Shown here: positions 25,405-38,289 of the stretch, piece by piece
Layout: every line of letters starts with the position of its first letter
Position numbering within the stretch: position 1 is the first letter of the stretch
Assembly: GCA_028023455.1 (NCBI GenBank)
Contig: JAQFVV010000005.1
Coordinates: forward strand, 12,028,001 to 12,092,000
DNA from: Epiperipatus broadwayi
Taxonomy: Eukaryota > Animalia > Onychophora
DNA: 64,000 bases
Direction: 5' to 3'
Notes under the pieces: generated by a model
The model's database searches: none
The model's input: the letters and a program-made list of their open reading frames with translations, nothing else
What the model was told of the DNA's origin: nothing
Program-made: the position numbers and the translations under genes

Positions 25405-27625
25405 TGTTATAATGGACTGAACGATTCTCATCATACACCCCCCCCCAATACCTATCATATCAGTCACGTTAGTCACTAGATATAACGGACGGAACGATTA
25501 GCACTTGGATATATCTATCAGATTTATCAATCAGCTGATTCGATCACAATGTATGACCAACTTATACAAAGTCTAAATGTGATGGTACACCTATCTATCG
25601 AGCCCCAAACGTTGCTGGTGCCAGATATAACAGATGGAATGATGACCACTAGCCCCAAAAGTTGACGATGCCAGATATAACGTACGGAATGATTACAACT
25701 AATCCCAAACATTGCTAACACCAGTATAATGGGCAGTACTCTTCATCAACAGTCATAAACTAACCAAGCCCAATGATGGTGCACCAGATGATTGTGTACA
25801 CTTTAATTGACTAACTCTATCCCTATTTAATAATAATAAATGTAATTTAGGTTAGTTCATCCACTTTCCCCTTTTAAATTCCATTATGCCCTAATATTCA
25901 AGCCCACAGAGAATATTGCTTTTAACTCCTTCTATGTCACTCATTCTCTACAAATCATAATTATATAGAAAAATCAACTTTAGTTATTTAATATAATTAA
26001 GATGCTGGCTAGCTAAATTATACATTTTCAAATGTTAATCTATTTAACAAGTTTCCCCAATTTATATATATGATAGAGACAGATACCAGTTGATTAGTCA
26101 AACATACTGGAAAATATACGTACACAGTTAATCACAAAATAAAACATATAATATGTATTCTGTATAAGTGTTGTAATTTAACCTATATATAAATTTAGAG
26201 AATCTTACCTCAATATTTATGTTGATAACCTGATGTGAAGCAGGTGGGTTAACCTAAATTTTATTTATAATGAAAATATAAAAAATATCAAAATGAATAA
26301 TCTCCCCTTTTCTTCTTTGCTAATTCTGAAAAATGAGGCTTCAGCATCAGAGTGTGAAAATACAACAGATAGTATGAATAAAAAAAAAAAATAAACAAAA
26401 ATTTACAATATTGATTCTTTGATTAAAAATTGTAATTGGAACAAAGTTCATAAAAATCATCATAATAAAAGTAGTAGTAGCTGATAGTTAGGCAAGTTGT
26501 TCAAAAAAACAGTTTCACTTAGTAAATCATTTTCCTTAGCAAGGATAGATAGATACAATGGTGTCTCCTGTAGTTGTGTTTAATGGTAAATATCTTGATC
26601 CTCATTTGATTCACCATAAAGTATTCCAATCCTTGTTTACTTTTGACTGTAGGTATCTTCTTGTGTGTTTACAAGAAAGTAGAAATATATAGATATAATG
26701 CAGCTGGCAGGAAATACCACGACACACAATAGCATGTTTTGCTTTAGCCCATTTTCATATTAAAGTACAATTTAATAATTATTTATAATCATATATTTTT
26801 ATTGAATAGTATTGAAGCGCTTACATATATAATAAGAAAACTATTTCATTTTTTTTTCTTTTCCAATTTCCAGCAAATTTAATTCTCATTATTGTTTTTG
26901 AAAAGATTTAAAATATTCAAATTTACTACAACAACTATTAAAACAGGATTTAATTATTTAAGAATTAATCAGTTATTCTTACTTCTTATTTCACTTTCTT
27001 TCCTTTGAATTTGATAAACTTTTAGTTACAGCATTTGACTTTTAAAATGTTTATAATTTAACTAAAAGAAAAAAAATAAAACTCTATTTTAGCGTTCTAA
27101 ATTTTTAGTTTTAATTGCTGTCTTTTGTTACAGGTGCTATAACAATAAGAAGCACAATTTGTAAACTGTCTTTTGTTTTTATACATTTCACGCGCGTAGA
27201 TTTCCAGGAACGCTGATATCTTTAACTGCCTATTGTTTAAATACATTTAGATTTATTATAAATAAATAAAAAATAAAATCAGTTTTATTTTCACACATAT
27301 GTGCACACCGACTTAACTTCAGGTCATCCCAAATTCATTTAACTATAAATTAATATTCAATTTTAAATTTAAAAAAATATATACATTACAGTCTATTTAA
27401 TCAAATAATTATATATATATACAATATTACTTTCTAAAATATTGATCGTATTTTATTTATTATAACTTAGTAATTTATTGTGTATTACATGTATATATGT
27501 AATAATAATAATAATAATAAACTAATAATCTTCCCATTATTAATATAAATTCCAAATGGATTGGGTTCAATAAATATACTTGATCTTTTTAGGAATGTGT
27601 GCATTGTAAGCTATCCATTACAGCG
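25405..27625. mobile_element. 2.2-kb insertion with short imperfect TIRs, possibly CACTA-like non-autonomous element
   Basis: Absent from the mirror arm, which reads AAAATAGTATAAACATTTTTGG uninterrupted. Ends are TGTTATAATGGAC and ATCCATTACAGCG. Subterminal 50-bp repeats are present. No clean TSD, so the superfamily is a guess. Confidence 0.5.
25603..25730. repeat. 50-bp tandem repeat, ~2.5 copies
   Basis: CCCCAAA.GTTG...TGCCAGATATAAC..A.GGAATGAT starts at 25603, 25653 and 25703. Confidence 0.85.
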
Positions 27626-27834
27626 TAAACATTTTTGGTACTACTATAAAGAAATCGCCAGAACTCGGGTCATGTGACAGATTGATGTTTTAAAATCAAC
27701 AAGTGTATTTTTTTTAGAAAGTGAAAGTATTTTTTTTTAAAAAGGAAAATAATACATTTTCTCATTTAAATTATAAATCAATAATATTAACTAATTAAAA
27801 ATCCTTCTCCTTTTCAAAAACTTTATTTTCTTAT

Positions 27835-28724
27835 ATATTAATCCATTAAGCTTATTGGGTGTTTTGGGGAGGGGCTTCCTCCGTTATTACTTTTTATTTG
27901 GCTTAGGGATGAAAAGAAGTAAAACAAAAACATTACTCTTATATTTAGTTTGTGCTTTAATGAAGACAAAACCTAACCCTAAGATGTAATACTTTTTATT
28001 TATTGTTTGAAATGCAGCATTTCAAAAAGTTCGAATAAAAACTGCTGTACACATATGTTCCATAAGTTTTAATGTTTATACAGCTGTTTATGGACACACA
28101 CACAACAAACAAGAATTAAAACAAAACAACTAATAAACAGATATTTAATCAAAAATTGACACACAAACAAATGAAGGCAAAACACTAGTGATTTCTTTAG
28201 GTTATGTGTTTATTTATAATCAACAAGGTCTTCGATAGTTTAACTTGAATTTGTAAAAACATTTTTTTATTTCACCTTCACTTGTGGTGAAACTTTTTTA
28301 TATAATAATTTGTAGGCTGTTTTTTTTTTTATATTTATTTAATATTGATTACAAATAAACACATAACCTAAAGAAATCACTGGTGTTTTGTGTTTGCATG
28401 TCAACTTTTGATTAAATGTCTGTTTATTAGTTGTTTTGTTTTAATTCTAATTTGTGTGCACGTGTCCATAAAAAGCTGTATAAACTTTAAAACTTATGGA
28501 ATGGAATGTGTACAGCAGTTTTCATTGGAACATTTTGAAATGCCGCATTTCAAACAATAAATAAAAAGTATTACTTCTTAGGGTTAGGTTTTGTCTTCAT
28601 TAAAGCACAAACTAAATAGAACAGTAATGTTTTTGTTTTACTTCCTTTCATCCCAAAGCCAAATAAAAAGTAATAATGGAGGAAGCCCCTCCCAAAAACC
28701 CCAGAAAGCTTGATGGATCAATAT
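27835..28724. repeat. ~890-bp palindrome (MITE-like) nested in the foldback centre
   Basis: 27835-28225 is the reverse complement of ~28345-28724 (e.g. GGAGGGGCTTCCTCC vs GGAGGAAGCCCCTCC; GTGATTTCTTTAGGTTATGTGTTTA vs TAAACACATAACCTAAAGAAATCAC), with a ~120-bp spacer. Confidence 0.9.
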
Positions 28725-29599
28725 TTTGAGAAAATGCATATATATATAATGTAACGATATATAAATATGTCACTTCGTTTGGATCGTTATAATAAATTAT
28801 TTGATTTATAATCATATATTATAACACATCAAATGTACAATCACTTTTTCTTTTAAACTACATATGTTCTCCAATAATATCAACAAATTAAAAATCCTTC
28901 TCCTTTTCAAAAACTTTATTTTCTTATATCAATACTGAACATATTTATATAATACAAAACTCCAAAAATAACTGTAAGAAGATAAAAACAGTTGAAACGT
29001 TGAAGTTTTGCATTATATAAATCGTTACATTTACCATTTTCAAACTCCCTCCATTCACAACTTATAAATATATGTTCAGTATTGATACAAAAAAATAAAG
29101 TTTTTAAAAAGAAAAAGGATTTTTAATTTGTTGATATTATTGATTTATAATGTAAAACGAGAAAAAGTATTATTTTCCATTTTTTAAAAAAATACTTTCA
29201 CTTTCTAAAAAAAATACACTTGTTGATTTTAAAAACGTAAAGATTAATTTCCCCGTGACAAATCTTGCAAAATCAATCAGTCACATGACCCAAGTTCTGG
29301 AAATTTCTTTATACTACATATAGTACCAAAAATGTTTATACTATTTTTTCAGTTTCTATCTACATTTCAAAATTGTGTGTAAGTTATTTTAAAAATAACA
29401 AACTTTAAATGAAAAAAAATGTGATCAATAGACGGGAACAATATAATATATATATATCCCATATTTTGTCACTAATGGAGAGATTTAGAATGCCCAAGTT
29501 TCATTTTGCAAGGATGAAAAAATTCAACGACCTCCTGAATGGTGAACTCACTCTCCAGGGAAATTGGTAATCTATTTTAATTACTTTCAAATTCTATTT

Positions 29600-30520
29600 T
29601 CTATTCTGATTATTTTATTTCTATTTTGTTGATTTTATATATGTGCGACTTAATCCGAGTACTTGCAATAATTTTGATATAAACTAGTAATAGAGTAACG
29701 TATTAACTGAATTTAAACTCTAATGATGCTATCATAGGTTAATATGAACCTTGATTACTTAATATGTATTAGTCTTATTGAGGTTTAAATTATTATTATA
29801 TCTGTTAGAGAACTGAGAGTGAATCTTTTTTAACATATTTCCTGCCATTTTTCATGCTGTTGTTTTTGCATTTTACAACTACTTTTATTTTTTAAATCGC
29901 TTTGAGATTTAGTATGTTTTTGTTTAATTTTGTAGGCTTTTATTATAGTTTTTTTTCTCATTTATTTCACAGGATTTTAAAAATAGCATTCATAATTTGC
30001 ACTTTACTTATTTTTCATTGAACTCTTCGTGCGGGGGGGGGGGTTCTAAACATTACTCGCCTCAATGTTCTAATCAACGTTTGTTTTAAATTTCAATTTT
30101 CTATTCTGATTATTTTATTTCTATTTTGATTTTATATATGTGCAATTTAATCCGAGTATTTGCAATAATTTATGATATAAACTAGTAATAGAGTAACATA
30201 TTAACTGAATTTAAACTCTAATGACACTATTATAGATTAATACAAACATTGATTACTTAATATGTATTAGTCTGCTACTAAAGTTTGAATTATTATTATA
30301 TCTGTTAGTTAAATAACAGAGTGATTCCTTTTTAAATCGCTTTGAGATTTAGTATGTTTTTGTTTAATTTCATAGGCTTTTAAAAATAGCATTCATAATT
30401 TGCACTTCACTTATTTTTAATTGAACTCTTCGTGCAGGAGGGGGGTTTCTAAACATTTCTCACCTCAGATGTTCTAATCAACTTTGTTTTAAATTTCTAT
30501 TTCAGCGATTTTGACCGATT
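29600..30520. repeat. ~500-bp tandem duplication within the right foldback arm
   Basis: TATTCTGATTATTTTATTTCTATTTTG...AATCCGAGTA...AAACTAGTAATAGAGTAAC occurs at ~29603 and ~30102. Confidence 0.85.
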
Positions 30521-31443
30521 TTTGTTTTACATTTCAATGTCATTGATTTTGACCGATTTCTCATGGGGGGGGGTTCTACCATTTGACAATTTGATGTTCT
30601 AATAAACTTTTGTTTTAAATTTCTATTTCAGCGATTTTGACCGATTTCTCGTGCACGCGGTGAGGGGGTTCAATTTCAGCGATTTTGACCGATTTCTCGT
30701 TGCGGGGGGGGGGTACTATTTCTAAAATTGAGCAATTTTTACCAATTTTTGAATAGAAATTTATGAATTACAGGTTTCTTGTGATTCTGCAGCATTACCT
30801 GGTGGCTCGTCCATTAGGTGAGAAAACAAACGTATTTTTTGTGTACATATTGTATTTTTATTAATAGTAAAAAAAATATTTTTTTTATAAAAATAATACT
30901 TTTTTTTTTAAGAATTGATAAATTTAATTATTTTCATTAAATTAATGTTTTCAAATTGTGAAACATTTTTTCTTGAAACATGTTTTTCTCTTTTTATTCA
31001 TTTTCTCTTCTAAAAACTTTACAAAAGGTTAATTAAGCTAAATAAAAGATTGTTATCTTTGATTTTGAAAATGTTGTTTTTCCAACTCTTAGTTATTTTA
31101 AAGAAATAACTTAATTAAAATTAATTTTTGAATAGAATTATAATTTTTATGAAAATATAATTTTTTGGTGAAATGAGTGTTTCAAATTTCATACTATCAT
31201 GTCGTTTTTTTATTATTAATCAATAAATTATTAAATAATTATTTTTAAAATATTTTTTAGTCTTAATTTCTTAATTCTGTCCAATTCCTGTTTCATAAAT
31301 TGCGGTGTGTATACCTTTACTTCATGACAACTTATTGTTCTAGGATTTTTTTAATAATTCAATAAAATTATTCACTTATAATAGGGTAAACTTAGGAATT
31401 ATTTGAAGTGATTTATAATAAGCAGCTTTATTTAATTACCTAT

Positions 31444-32070
31444 TGTTCACACTTGCTTCTTGAGCTAGATTTGTGCAAAAGGGATATCCTTTAGAGTCCA
31501 TGTACTATATTTCACTTCATTATTGCTTTAGAAATTTAGTTTATAGTTGACCAGTGCATTAATGATACTAAGTAGCCAGAGTATTGATGATGGTCAGGAT
31601 GTTTTAGTATCTTAGCATTATTTGACTTATTGCTGTATTTTGATGAAACACCACCTAAGAATGTGCATCCAGATAATTATTGTTTATATTCCTGCCCTAG
31701 GTTTGGTAGTAGTTAAATAATTAGTTTGGTCTATAGTAGACCACTTTCAAATATATCACAAGATTGACTGTTGATTAATTTTTATTGTTGATCATGTAAT
31801 GCTGGTAAATTTATAATTAATTCTGTGCTGGTCATCCTTTAATACTAATTTTATATTTTCTTTGTTTGGGATGATGATGGTTTCCTATCTCCTCATAATT
31901 CTGCCCTAATGCGGTGTACTGTTACAAATGTCTACCCAACTGTGGGACACTGTAATCTCAGATTCTCTCTTATTAACCTTTATTTTCCATACTGTTACAA
32001 TTGACACCAATTGTGGGACATTGTAACTTCAGATTCTCTTTAATTAACCCCTATTTTCTGTACTGTTACA
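31444..32070 (-). mobile_element. Probable LTR remnant
   Basis: Right end is CTGTTACA followed by ATAT, the same terminus type as the other LTRs here. The left boundary (TGTTCAC at 31444, preceded by CTAT) is uncertain. Confidence 0.4.
31917..32070. repeat. ~72-bp tandem repeat, 2.1 copies
   Basis: TACTGTTACA occurs at 31917, 31990 and 32061, with ACCCAACTGTGGGACACTGTAA / ACCAATTGTGGGACATTGTAA between. Confidence 0.85.
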
Positions 32071-33175
32071 ATATACATATACTTTTAATGAAATTCTTCA
32101 TCCAGAGAGAAAGTTTATATGAATAAGTAGCTGACTACAAGTTATTCTGAAAAAGTAAATAATCAAGTAAAAAGAGCCTATATAATGTTAAGTTTCAAAT
32201 TAAGTTTAACTTGGTATTTTGTGTTTCTGGAACTTCTGGATATAATAAATGGCTAATGATATTAAAACTTGATTTATACAGTGATAAACTGAACTCATTT
32301 TATCAGTATTCAAGCTACATTCAATTTCCAAGATTTAGAAAGAGGGTTTATATGTGCTATAGTATTATTGTATAAATACCAATAAAAGACTAATTTATCT
32401 TCTTAGAGATTTTAAAAAACTTGTTGATAAGAATGGTAAACTTTGGTCCAGAAATATTGGCAATAATGTTATTGGTTCTATGAATTCAAATACTTGCTAT
32501 TGTTGATTTTTTTTTTCAGTAAATCAATAGACCTAATGTTAATAAATAGAAGATGATCAAATCAATACAATAATGGCTCAATTTTGAGAAATGTACAAAT
32601 TTTGATCATAGTTTAATTATTGTAAATATTGAGTTAACATTCAAGAAATAAAAAAAAACCTCCATTTTCAGAAATGAAAACAATTGAGCAAGATGACAGA
32701 AGTAAAAATAATAGAAAAATATTAATCAGTGCTTAAGTAGAAAAGCTAAACTGCAGGTAAAAAAAAAAAAACTAGACAAAAAGTTCAAAATTCTCGATAA
32801 GATTTTGGAAGAAGATATTATCGAAGTTGGGTCACAGAAATAAAAGGTTGGATCATATAAAAACATTAAAATTAATAAAGGAAAAGCAAATACTATAAAA
32901 ACAAAAACTTGTAAAATAATAATAGATGGCAAAGAACAATGAAATAAAGGCAGTTAAGAAAGACCTAAAACTGAATGGAAGCTCAAAGTTAAAACAATGA
33001 ATAATACTGTAATGAATAAATATTCAGAAATATTTAAAAAATGATGAAAAACCTTTAAAAAATGGCAGCCAAATGAAAATATAATAAATGATGAAAATAA
33101 AGGAATCACACACAAAAAAATATAAAATAAAATGAAGGTCAGAATACTTTTCTGAATTATATAAAGCAAACTTCA

Positions 33176-33480
33176 ATGAACAAATTAGTAAAAGATCTCA
33201 CTAAAATTACACCACCATCTCATACTGGTAAAAATAATATTTTACTGGAAGAAGTTACAAGAAATGTAAATAAAGTAAAAAAGAATATAAATCATGGAAA
33301 AGAAGAATTCTATTATTATTCCATGAAATGTTTAGTCTGTAATTTTAAATATTGTGATGAAAGGGAGAAATATATTTATAGCTCTGAGGAAGACTGTGGT
33401 TCAGTCAAAATTTGAAAATACAAACAAATCGCTTGTATTGAATGTGAAAGTGATTATTGTTATTGCTTATATTTACTATA
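33176..33480 (+). pseudogene. Degenerate Cys-rich PHD-finger-like coding relic, probably TE-derived
   Basis: KCLVCNFKYCD followed after a stop by IACIECESDYCYC, downstream of a K-rich broken frame. Could be a pogo-type transposase tail or a LINE ORF1; not resolvable by eye. Confidence 0.3.
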
Positions 33481-33584
33481 AAATAGTGCATGCAAATAAG
33501 TCAGAAAAAATATGGATTATGTTATTGTAATAATTACTATGCAATATTTCATGGAAAGGTAGACTAACTACAGTATGGATAAAA

Positions 33585-35358
33585 GGTAATCATCTGAAAT
33601 CTGGGCACAGCCGCCTGATGGCGTTGTTTATGTGTCAAAACACATAAAAATGCCGTTTCTGTGGCTGACCTTACAGGCTAATACAACATTTAATATTGTA
33701 TTCACCCATTGCAGGCCACTTTACATGACATTGCACAAAAATATTACGGCCTGTTTTGTGCTTTGAAACGATTTATGCGTATTTGTTCTATTCATAGCTG
33801 ATTATCGTATCGCTTGAGGGTGTTTGAATTTCAAGTCGGTACAACTTTTCAAATCTCCGTAATAGAGTAATGTTATTTATATGGAAATAATGTTTTAATT
33901 ACTAATAATTGTCATATGGTCTCCACCCTTCCCTAAAAAAATGTTAATATGTAAAAAATTGGCAAAGGGTACGTTCGAACACGCTTCGACAAAGCTCATG
34001 TGCTATCACGTTTCAGCGTGGGGAAATACACGAGACCAATAAAAGCTCTGAGAAGAACGTGCAATTTTTAAACTTTTCACAATTGCCGAGTACAGAAAGT
34101 GAGGGAGACTGTGTGCTTTTTTCAGCCACATAATGTCCTCTTAAATATCAGACTGTTTTTATTACAGCAATAAAATAATAAATAAGTTCAAAAAGTCCAA
34201 AGTTTGTGTAGTTTTTTTTTTTTCGTCATTAAAAATTGACTACTATTTGGATTATCTTTTTTCAGCGGGGTTAAAATAAATGACTATTTTGGTTGACTTT
34301 TCGTTAATAATAATGGCAAAATATGAGTCCCCCCTCCCCCAAAAGGCAGTTTATTATTGTAGAAGCCAAAAAAATATATAGGTAATTCAAATGAAATATA
34401 AATAAAAGTAAAAAGTGAGAAAAAGTTGTTGAAAAAAAAGAAGAAATTATTGACTTTTTGTTACAGTTATGTTTCCGAGTGTGGGGGTGGGGGTTTAAAA
34501 AAAAACAATTTTTTTACCCCAAAAAACACAAAAGTTACTTTTGATTGAATAATAATAAGAAGAAAAACAATTTGGTCAACCCCCCCCCCCCCAAAAAAAA
34601 AAAGAAAAAATTTGAAACAATTCCCAAATAATTGTATTTTATTTTTCCAGCAGGGTTAAAACAAGTGGGGTTAAAATAAATGACTATTTTTGTTGACTTT
34701 TAGTTAATAATAACAGTACGAAATCCCCCCCCAAAAAAGCAGTTTATTGTAGAAGCCAAAAAAAAAAAAAAAAGGCTAATTCAAATGAAATATAAATAAA
34801 AGTAAAAAGTGAAAAAAAGTTGTTATAAGAAGAAAAAAAAAGTTATTGACTTTTTGTTACAATTATTGATCCGAGGGTGGGGGTTTGAAAACAATTTTTG
34901 AACCCCCAACAATACAAAAGTTACTTTTGATTTAATAATAATAAGAAAAACAATTTAGTCAACCAAAAAAAATACAAAAAAAAAAAGGTAGAACAAAGTC
35001 TAAACAAGGCCCAAATAATTGGATTATATTTTTCGGCGGGATTAAAACAAGTTTTTTGTCTGAAACAGTCCAAATTGTTAAAATCAGAAAAATAAACACA
35101 AAATTAAATTACCAAAATTTGTTGAATAAAAACGAAAAATGTCAGGTTAAAAAAAAACAAAAAACAATGAAAATGAATATAAAAATTTGTTTAATAAAAA
35201 AGAAATCATGTTATAAATGAATTAAAAATTTGTTTAATCAAAAAAAAAATCATGTTATCTAAAAAAAAGTTGCGGCGGTGGCCTGGTAACATTACATTTG
35301 AATGATTTTGTATAGTATCACCACCCCAAGCGGTCGTGCCCGGATTTCAGATGATTAT
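33585..35358. mobile_element. Non-autonomous Mutator-like (MULE) DNA transposon, 1774 bp
   Basis: ~35-bp TIR TAATCATCTGAAATC(T/C)GGGCAC..CCGC.TG at both ends. Perfect 9-bp TSD TGGATAAAA at 33576-33584 and 35359-35367. No ORF. Confidence 0.82.
34230..35050. repeat. ~400-bp tandem repeat (~2.2 copies) inside the MULE
   Basis: GGGTTAAAATAAATGACTATTTT occurs at ~34268 and ~34668. A third partial unit starts near 35020. Confidence 0.8.
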
Positions 35359-37899
35359 TGGATAAAATTTTTGGTGCTTAGCTGCAAAATGAGAAGCACG
35401 ACTGAACATAAAAATTACAGAATCATTCAGTAAACAGCTTTTCATCCAATCTTAATAAACATCTTAAATGAAAGATTAACAGCTCAGATAACAAAACTTA
35501 ATGAGATGAATAAATTGGATTCAAAAAAAAATAAGAACACCATACAAAATAAACTATCACTCAGAGGAAGTATATTAATTTTTATTAGTCATTCATTAGA
35601 CTAGAGATTCACTATACCACTCTTACATAAAGTAAGGACTAGAGTGATTATAAGAATGTGTATAAAAATTGGAAGCTATTTATAATTGCAAAGATTCATT
35701 TTCAACAACTACATTACACTGCTGGAAAAAATAATAGCTAAGAGCAACAAAAAATAAAAATAAATAATTTAAGATATGCAGGAATATCATCGTAATTATT
35801 AGGAAAGAGAAAAAAATGCGATCAGTTACACAAATAGTAAATAAGAAAGAAAAAATATATAGATCACAGAAAAACACGGCCAAAACAAAAACATTACTCA
35901 GAAATGAAGAAAAAAATTAAATTATAACTGATGATGAAATTGAATTTAATACTACAGAAAGTTATATATCTTGGAAATAATATCATTAGAAATTTTGATT
36001 TTCAGAAGAAAAAAAAAAATTAAGAATAATCATAAACATGCCCACAAACCTAAGTCAGGATACTGAAGAGTAAAGATATCAAGTTGCTATCCAAATTAGA
36101 TATATGGAATATATGATGATTTATTAGTGTGTTTTATAATTGTGAAATATAAAACATAGACAATCACAAAATATTCTATAAAAAGAACTTGGCATTTAAA
36201 AGAATATGCTTCAGAGAGTTACTGACAATTGGCTGGATGCAAAAACTTTCCAATAAATAATTATATAAGAAAATGTAATAAAAAAATATCTAATTGAAGA
36301 AAATCATATACAAAATAAATATTGCTAGTTATTATATATATATGAATGATGATCAGAAAGTAAAAATTCTAATTTTTACTCTTATATGAAACATTAACAA
36401 ATGAAGCTCCCACAGAGTATAAACAGCTGACATTAAACTGTATAGAGTTAATTTGCATTCAGGAGAGACTTTGTGACAAAAGAATACATTTATGGGCACA
36501 AAATCTGAAGGTTTCTAACTCCCAAATTGATATACTAATATGGCCTGCACAAATTCAGACAATAAGCATAAAATATACTACAGAGGGTAAAAGCATATTT
36601 AAATCGATGAAAATAATTGTATAAACAATAGTAATTAGGAATTAAATATTAATACCTAACAGAGAAACATTTGCTTACAGTTATAATAAAATTTTCCTCT
36701 AAAACTCATACAAATTTATGACTGTAGAAGGCTTTCTAGGATAACTAGATCTATTTTGTACCTTTCCAGGATGCCATTGATTATAAGGCACATCTAGGTC
36801 CAGATCTTTTTGATGTTTTTATAGCAGGGCAACAATAGCCCTGGTAATGTTTTTTGATTAAAAAAAAATAATTATCTTAGGAGCCAGTCTCATAAAAGGA
36901 TTTCTAAATCCAGTTAGCTTGTTTCTATAATTGGTTTGATTGCTTGAAAACAACTAAATATCTTTTTAATCAAAAAATACAGTTATGAAAAAAAAGTGCA
37001 TAAAAATGTAGATCTCTATAAATGTTCAATGATATGCGTTCGAAACCTTAGGGTGATTTTTTTTTGCTTGAATATATATAATATTGAATAATAAGAGTTA
37101 AAGTGGATCTACATGCTTGACCGCATTGCTTCCGATTGTGAATCCCAAAGCTTCATTGGTAAATACCAAAAACCATTCAAGGGATAGGAATTTAAATGCA
37201 GTAATTTACTCAGTGATTACTCAAGCTCATAATAAATACCACTAGAATAAGACGATGCTCTTGCTTTGTCATATGGTGTGAATAACTTTTATAGCAATTA
37301 AATTTAATTTAGTTTACTTAAAATATGTTGCATGATTTAAATTTACGGATATATATCCCCGCTAGTTTATAGCGCATCTACTTCATTATGTTTTACTAGG
37401 CACGCAGCAATTTCGGATAATATATTATTACATGAAAGTGAGACTATCAATGTTATTAGTGACAAAGCTCGTTGGGTAAAATATTTTTAGTCATTCAATT
37501 ATGAAACAGAAACCAAAAAAGCAAACCATTCCCTTATATATACTCAAAAAGTAGAAGAGGTTAATCAGTTGAAAGAATTTAAAATAGTTTTATATTATTT
37601 AATTTTGACTTATTTTTTTAGTATTTGTGAAATGTATTTTTTTAAAAGAATAATAGATTGAATGAATTCATTCATAATTTTACTTAAAAAAAAGTTTAAT
37701 GCTTATCTTCATTAAAACGTTACTGGGTTTTTTTGGCTAAAACGGTATTGTTGTATTAAATTACACAAACCATTAGTTTTTAAATATTTGATAAATAAAA
37801 TGAAAGAAAAAACTTAAATATAAACATACAAACAGAACTATCTCACCTAAACAAATCAAATCTGACGCGAATCAAAATATTTCATGAGATCTATTGTTA

Positions 37900-38270
37900 T
37901 ATTAATATCTCACTAGGGGTCGCGTAATGCGTTGTTGAGAAATGCGCTTGATTTAGTCTGCAAGTTGTGTAAGAAAGGCATAGAAAATATTAAGCATGTG
38001 TTAATTGAATATAAATGCCTTAAAGCAGAAAGGGTGCAAATAATAAAGTTATGGCAGAATAAATATAAGCAAAGTGATTATACAGAAGATAAGGGGAATT
38101 TAGATATAAAGGCCATGGAGTTGACAAAGATTATGTTGTGGAAATGGGATGGAGCAGGAGGGAAAACGTAGAACGGGGAAGGTAAAGTGGCTAACAGGTT
38201 TCTGTGGGCATACTTGCTGAGAGTTTCCTGACTCCATATAAGGAGAAGTCACAATGCATCACATCACATG
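37900..38270 (+). mobile_element. 5'-truncated LINE 3' end (CCHC knuckle, 3' UTR stem-loop, short repeat tail)
   Basis: ORF 37932-38171 has CKLCKKGIENIKHVLIEY (C-x2-C-x8-H-x4-C-type with the last C mutated). The 3' UTR has GACTCC-ATATAA-GGAGAAGTC followed by CATCACATCACAT. Confidence 0.55.
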
Positions 38271-38289
38271 ATAAAAAATGCGGTGATTT

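Larger units (their letters stand above)
24404..30831. mobile_element. Foldback-like element with very long terminal inverted repeats (~6.4 kb)
   Basis: 24404-25404 is the reverse complement of ~29340-30831 (e.g. TTTTCTCACCTACTGGACGAGCCACCAGG vs CCTGGTGGCTCGTCCATTAGGTGAGAAAA; GCAAAATGAAACTTGGGCATTCTA vs TAGAATGCCCAAGTTTCATTTTGC). 27626-27840 is the reverse complement of ~29085-29340. Candidate 8-bp TSD GTATTATT/GTATTTTT. No transposase. Confidence 0.8.

Noticed and set aside
25603-25730. 50-bp repeats considered as a CRISPR array
   Set aside because: There are no unique spacers, the context is eukaryotic and there are no cas genes. This is an ordinary tandem repeat.
28955-29010. Hammerhead-shaped relic (AACTGT/ACAGTT helix, GAAACGTT, CAAAACT/AGTTTTG) in the foldback centre
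   Set aside because: The CUGANGA core is unrecognisable (CCAAAAAT). At most a dead remnant, so it is not called.
35400-36700. Possible LINE ORF1/endonuclease relic
   Set aside because: Only vague motif resemblance, with stops in all frames.
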